A stretch of 20,000 nucleotides of DNA from an uncultured virus (IMG/VR IMGVR_UViG_3300020220_000032) (Duplodnaviria > Heunggongvirae > Uroviricota > Caudoviricetes): positions 57,593 through 77,592 of the IMG/VR virus record IMGVR_UViG_3300020220_000032; one strand, written 5' to 3'. The first letter of the stretch is position 1. Every line of letters begins with the position of its first letter. The notes under the pieces were generated by a model, which was not told the origin of the DNA, searched no databases, and saw only the letters and a list, made by a program, of their open reading frames with translations. Positions 17,153 to 20,000 of the stretch are shown here, piece after piece. Made by a program: the position numbers and the translations under genes.

Positions 17153-20000
17153 TTAATATGAAATAACAACAACTACACCACTACCGCCTTTACCACCGGC
17201 ACCAGATTTACGACCATTTGCACTTATTGCAGATCCACCGCCACCGCCACCTCCGCCAAAATCGCCACCGGCTCCCCCTTGTGCTCCGTCTAAATTATTC
17301 CGTTTCCATCCTCCGCCGCCACCTAAACCTATTTTTACAAATAATGAACCACTATATGCTCCACCTGCACTAGCAGTTGCTGCAGTAGTTGTAGATAATC
17401 CACCTTTCCATAAACCAACTTGATCCAATCCATAAAATGGCGATGCAATGTTGTTATTAATAGTACCATTTGGATTTGATGCAATTATAGAACCACCATT
17501 TCCACCTGCAACATTTCTTTCACCCGTTTCACCGGTTGAACCACCGCCACCTCCACCGCCAGTGCAACCAATTAAATATACCGGAGCATTATGTCTAGAG
17601 TTAGCGTTTGTATCATTTGGAGTTTCGTTTTGATTGGCTGATACAATCACTCTTCCCGTCCCACCAGCAATTCCTGGAATAAATCCAAGTCCACCTATAG
17701 CAATACCGCTGTATACATCAACACCCATGGTCCCCCAATTGGTTTGTGTATCTGATACATTGTATTTATTTACATCTCTAACTTGAGATCCGCCTCCTAG
17801 TCCGGCAAAAGGAAAATCATATGTTCCTTGATCAGTAGTTATTCCTCTAGAACCGTTTATACCACCAGGAGCAATAAATCTACCAAATATAGATTTTCCG
17901 CCAGATTGACCATTATTACCATTAATAGCATCAGTTGCAGTAGCTGCAGTTACAGGAGCAGCACCATTTCCTCCACTTCCTACTTGATAAGATACAGTTG
18001 CAGCTAAATCCGATGCCCTAACAGTAGCAAATGTTATTGCTCCACCACCACCGCCACCTCCGCCAAATAATTTACGGCCTGGAGAAGTTCCACATAATGC
18101 TCCTGATCCACCGCCACCGCCACCGCCTATTAGTATAATATCAACTTTATTAACACCAGTTGGTTTTGACCAATAGTTGGATCCATTTGTATAAACTTGT
18201 AAATCAGTTATACCAGCATTCCCTATATCACCTGTTCTATAAAATTCAATTACACATTTTTCAGAATTTGATGGAAGTGTTGTTCCTGATATAGAAGTTA
18301 CTGTGTATTGATAATACGGTGAACTTATGTTTAATGTAGATACACTAAATATGAGTAGAAGTGAACTTTCATTGCTATTACTTCTAATTATGATAAATCC
18401 TTTTGTTGAACTAGTGGAATCATCCCATGTAGCCAAATAACTACCAACTGATGCACTATCAGCATTTGTTGAATTTATTGAAAGAGTATAGGTTGAACCG
18501 TTTGATATTGTTGCACTGTTTAGTCTAAATTGTCCTGAGCTAGGAATGGTATTTGTGGTTGTGTTAAAATTATATTCCAAACCACCCTTATCCCCTTGAA
18601 CACCAGATGTTCCTCTTGTTCCAGAACTTCCTGATGTTCCTCTTGTTCCAGAACTACCGGATGTTCCAGAACTTCCTGATGTGCCAGAACTTCCTGATGT
18701 GCCAGAACTTCCTGATGAACCTGATGAACCAGAAGTTCCACTTGAACCAGAAGTTCCTGATGAACCTGATGTTCCACTTGAACCAGAACTTCCTGATGAA
18801 CCTGATGTGCCAGAACTTCCTGATGTGCCAGAACTTCCTGATGAACCAGATGAACCAGAAGTTCCACTTGAACCAGATGTTCCTCTTGTTCCTGATGAAC
18901 CTGATGTACCAGAAGTTCCTGATGAACCTGATGAACCAGAAGTTCCTGATGAACCAGATGTGCCAGAAGTTCCTGATGAACCTGATGAACCAGAAGTTCC
19001 TGATGAACCAGATGTTCCTGAAGATCCAGATGTCCCACTATTTCCAGTTCTACTAAATTGTAATGCACATTGTTCATTTGAACTTGGTAAAGTTGCAGTC
19101 CCAGCATTCAAAATAGTTCCATTTATTTCAAGTCCTGTTGCAGAAGGATTACCACCTATATTATCCAATGATGTCACTTCAAAAACTATTACGGTTGTAT
19201 CACTATTTTCATTTCCTCTAATTAAGATATATCCCTTTTGAGTTGAATTTGAATCATCCCATGTTTCAATAAATGTTTCCATTGAAACTGTATTAACATC
19301 AAAATTATGTATGTATAATTGTGTTACTGATGATGGAGTTGCTGAATTAAATCTAAACTTACCGCTATTCAATCCTGTGCCAGTTGTTGATGAATTATCA
19401 AATCTGTATTGTATACCGGCTATATTACCTTGACTGCCACTTGTTCCTGCAGTTCCACTTGAACCAGAAGTTCCTGATGAACCAGAAGTTCCTGATGAAC
19501 CAGAAGTTCCTGATGAACCTGATGTTCCACTTGAACCAGAAGTTCCTGATGAACCTGATGAACCAGATGTTCCACTTGAACCAGAAGTTCCTGATGAACC
19601 TGATGTGCCAGAACTTCCTGATGTGCCAGAACTTCCTGATGTGCCAGAACTTCCTGATGAACCTGATGAACCAGAAGTTCCACTTGAACCAGAAGTTCCT
19701 GATGAACCTGATGAACCAGATGTTCCACTTGAACCAGAAGTTCCCGATGAACCTGATGAACCTGATGAACCTGTTGTGCCAGAACTTCCTGATGTGCCAG
19801 AACTTCCTGATGTGCCAGAACTTCCTGATGTGCCAGAACTTCCTGATGAACCTGATGAACCAGAAGTTCCACTTGAACCAGAAGTTCCTGATGAACCTGA
19901 TGTTCCACTTGAACCAGAAGTTCCTGATGAACCTGATGAACCAGATGTTCCACTTGAACCAGAAGTTCCTGATGAACCTGATGTGCCAGAACTTCCTGAT
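17153..20000 (-). CDS. Large fibre/spike protein, 5' end outside the window: (G-S/T-S)n - domain A - (G-S/T-S)n - domain A' - glycine-rich tip domain
   Basis: The frame stays open upstream of the track's TTG at 19372 (…GTAGTSGSQGNIAGIQYRFDNSSTTGTGLNSGKFRF…) to the window end. Two homologous ~125-aa domains share TWDDS.S..KG.I.IR and LPS..E.C...F.RTG. The C-terminus WSKPTGV..VDIILIGGGGGGG...GGSGVVVVISY is a typical phage Gly-rich domain. Confidence 0.85.
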   Translation of the reverse strand, partial: SGSSGTSGSSGTSGSSGTSGSSGSSGTSGSSGTSGSSGTSGSSGTSGSSGSSGSSGTSGSSGTSGSSGTSGSSGTTGSSGSSGSSGTSGSSGTSGSSGSSGTSGSSGTSGSSGSSGSSGTSGSSGTSGSSGTSGSSGTSGSSGTSGSSGSSGTSGSSGTSGSSGTSGSSGTSGSSGTSGSSGTAGTSGSQGNIAGIQYRFDNSSTTGTGLNSGKFRFNSATPSSVTQLYIHNFDVNTVSMETFIETWDDSNSTQKGYILIRGNENSDTTVIVFEVTSLDNIGGNPSATGLEINGTILNAGTATLPSSNEQCALQFSRTGNSGTSGSSGTSGSSGTSGSSGSSGTSGTSGSSGTSGSSGSSGTSGTSGSSGTRGTSGSSGTSGSSGSSGSSGTSGSSGTSGSSGSSGSSGTSGSSGTSGSSGTSGSSGSSGSSGTSGSSGTSGSSGTSGSSGTRGTSGSSGTRGTSGVQGDKGGLEYNFNTTTNTIPSSGQFRLNSATISNGSTYTLSINSTNADSASVGSYLATWDDSTSSTKGFIIIRSNSNESSLLLIFSVSTLNISSPYYQYTVTSISGTTLPSNSEKCVIEFYRTGDIGNAGITDLQVYTNGSNYWSKPTGVNKVDIILIGGGGGGGSGALCGTSPGRKLFGGGGGGGGAITFATVRASDLAATVSYQVGSGGNGAAPVTAATATDAINGNNGQSGGKSIFGRFIAPGGINGSRGITTDQGTYDFPFAGLGGGSQVRDVNKYNVSDTQTNWGTMGVDVYSGIAIGGLGFIPGIAGGTGRVIVSANQNETPNDTNANSRHNAPVYLIGCTGGGGGGGSTGETGERNVAGGNGGSIIASNPNGTINNNIASPFYGLDQVGLWKGGLSTTTAATASAGGAYSGSLFVKIGLGGGGGWKRNNLDGAQGGAGGDFGGGGGGGGSAISANGRKSGAGGKGGSGVVVVISY
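18584..19045 (-). repeat. (Gly-Ser/Thr-Ser)n coding tract, about 51 triplets
   Basis: 9-bp-period units such as cctgatgaa, ccagaagtt, ccagaactt and ccacttgaa on the plus strand. Confidence 0.92.
19427..20000 (-). repeat. (Gly-Ser/Thr-Ser)n coding tract, more than 63 triplets, continuing beyond the window
   Basis: Same 9-bp units, with higher-order duplications. Confidence 0.92.

Noticed and set aside
565..17155. Stop-codon reassignment (no called gene ends in TAG)
   Set aside because: Genes tile the window intact under the standard code, with no ORF broken by an in-frame TAG or TGA. TAA bias is expected in AT-rich DNA.
975..17633. Other short plus-strand and alternative-frame ORFs in the track (e.g. 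982-1488, 13913-14440, 14474-14839)
   Set aside because: They lie wholly within longer minus-strand genes and have no recognisable motifs.
19370..19372. TTG at 19372 as the start of the large fibre gene
   Set aside because: The frame is open upstream to the window end, so this codon is an internal Leu.
18520..19953. Alternative-frame and antisense ORFs (VPDEPE-, HQELLV- and MNQKFL-repeat proteins)
   Set aside because: These are shadows of the stop-free 9-bp GSS/GTS repeats. Only the Gly-X-Y frame continues into globular domains.
18584..20000. Possible CRISPR array or non-coding satellite
   Set aside because: There are no unique spacers; the period is 9 bp and variation is codon-structured within an open frame.

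Overview
This is an AT-rich, densely coding window with every credible gene on the minus strand. It is best read as the tail/fibre region of a large tailed phage. In transcription order (right to left) it contains: a partial giant fibre protein with proline-free (Gly-Ser/Thr-Ser)n tracts, two repeated globular domains and a Gly-rich tip; three more Ser/Gly-rich structural proteins; and a glycan cassette (small ORF, GT4-GT25 fusion, FkbM methyltransferase fusion, GT-A enzyme, and an Aah/TibC-family protein O-heptosyltransferase with its four iron-finger Cys intact). Next come a second collagen-like fibre, a 14-repeat RCC1-like protein, a second glycosyltransferase pair (TPR-GT9/FlmG-like plus GT-A), a tail-fibre assembly chaperone, a degenerate HIGH-type nucleotidyltransferase and three hypothetical genes. 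Both enzyme cassettes are preceded by Bacteroidota-type TTTG-N19/20-TATATTTG promoters, whereas four structural genes have an ATATTTAT motif 27-34 nt upstream. The main hypothesis is a phage-encoded system that O-glycosylates (heptosylates and elaborates) its own Ser/Thr-rich fibres. All family assignments come from recognising motifs by eye; no database searches were run.
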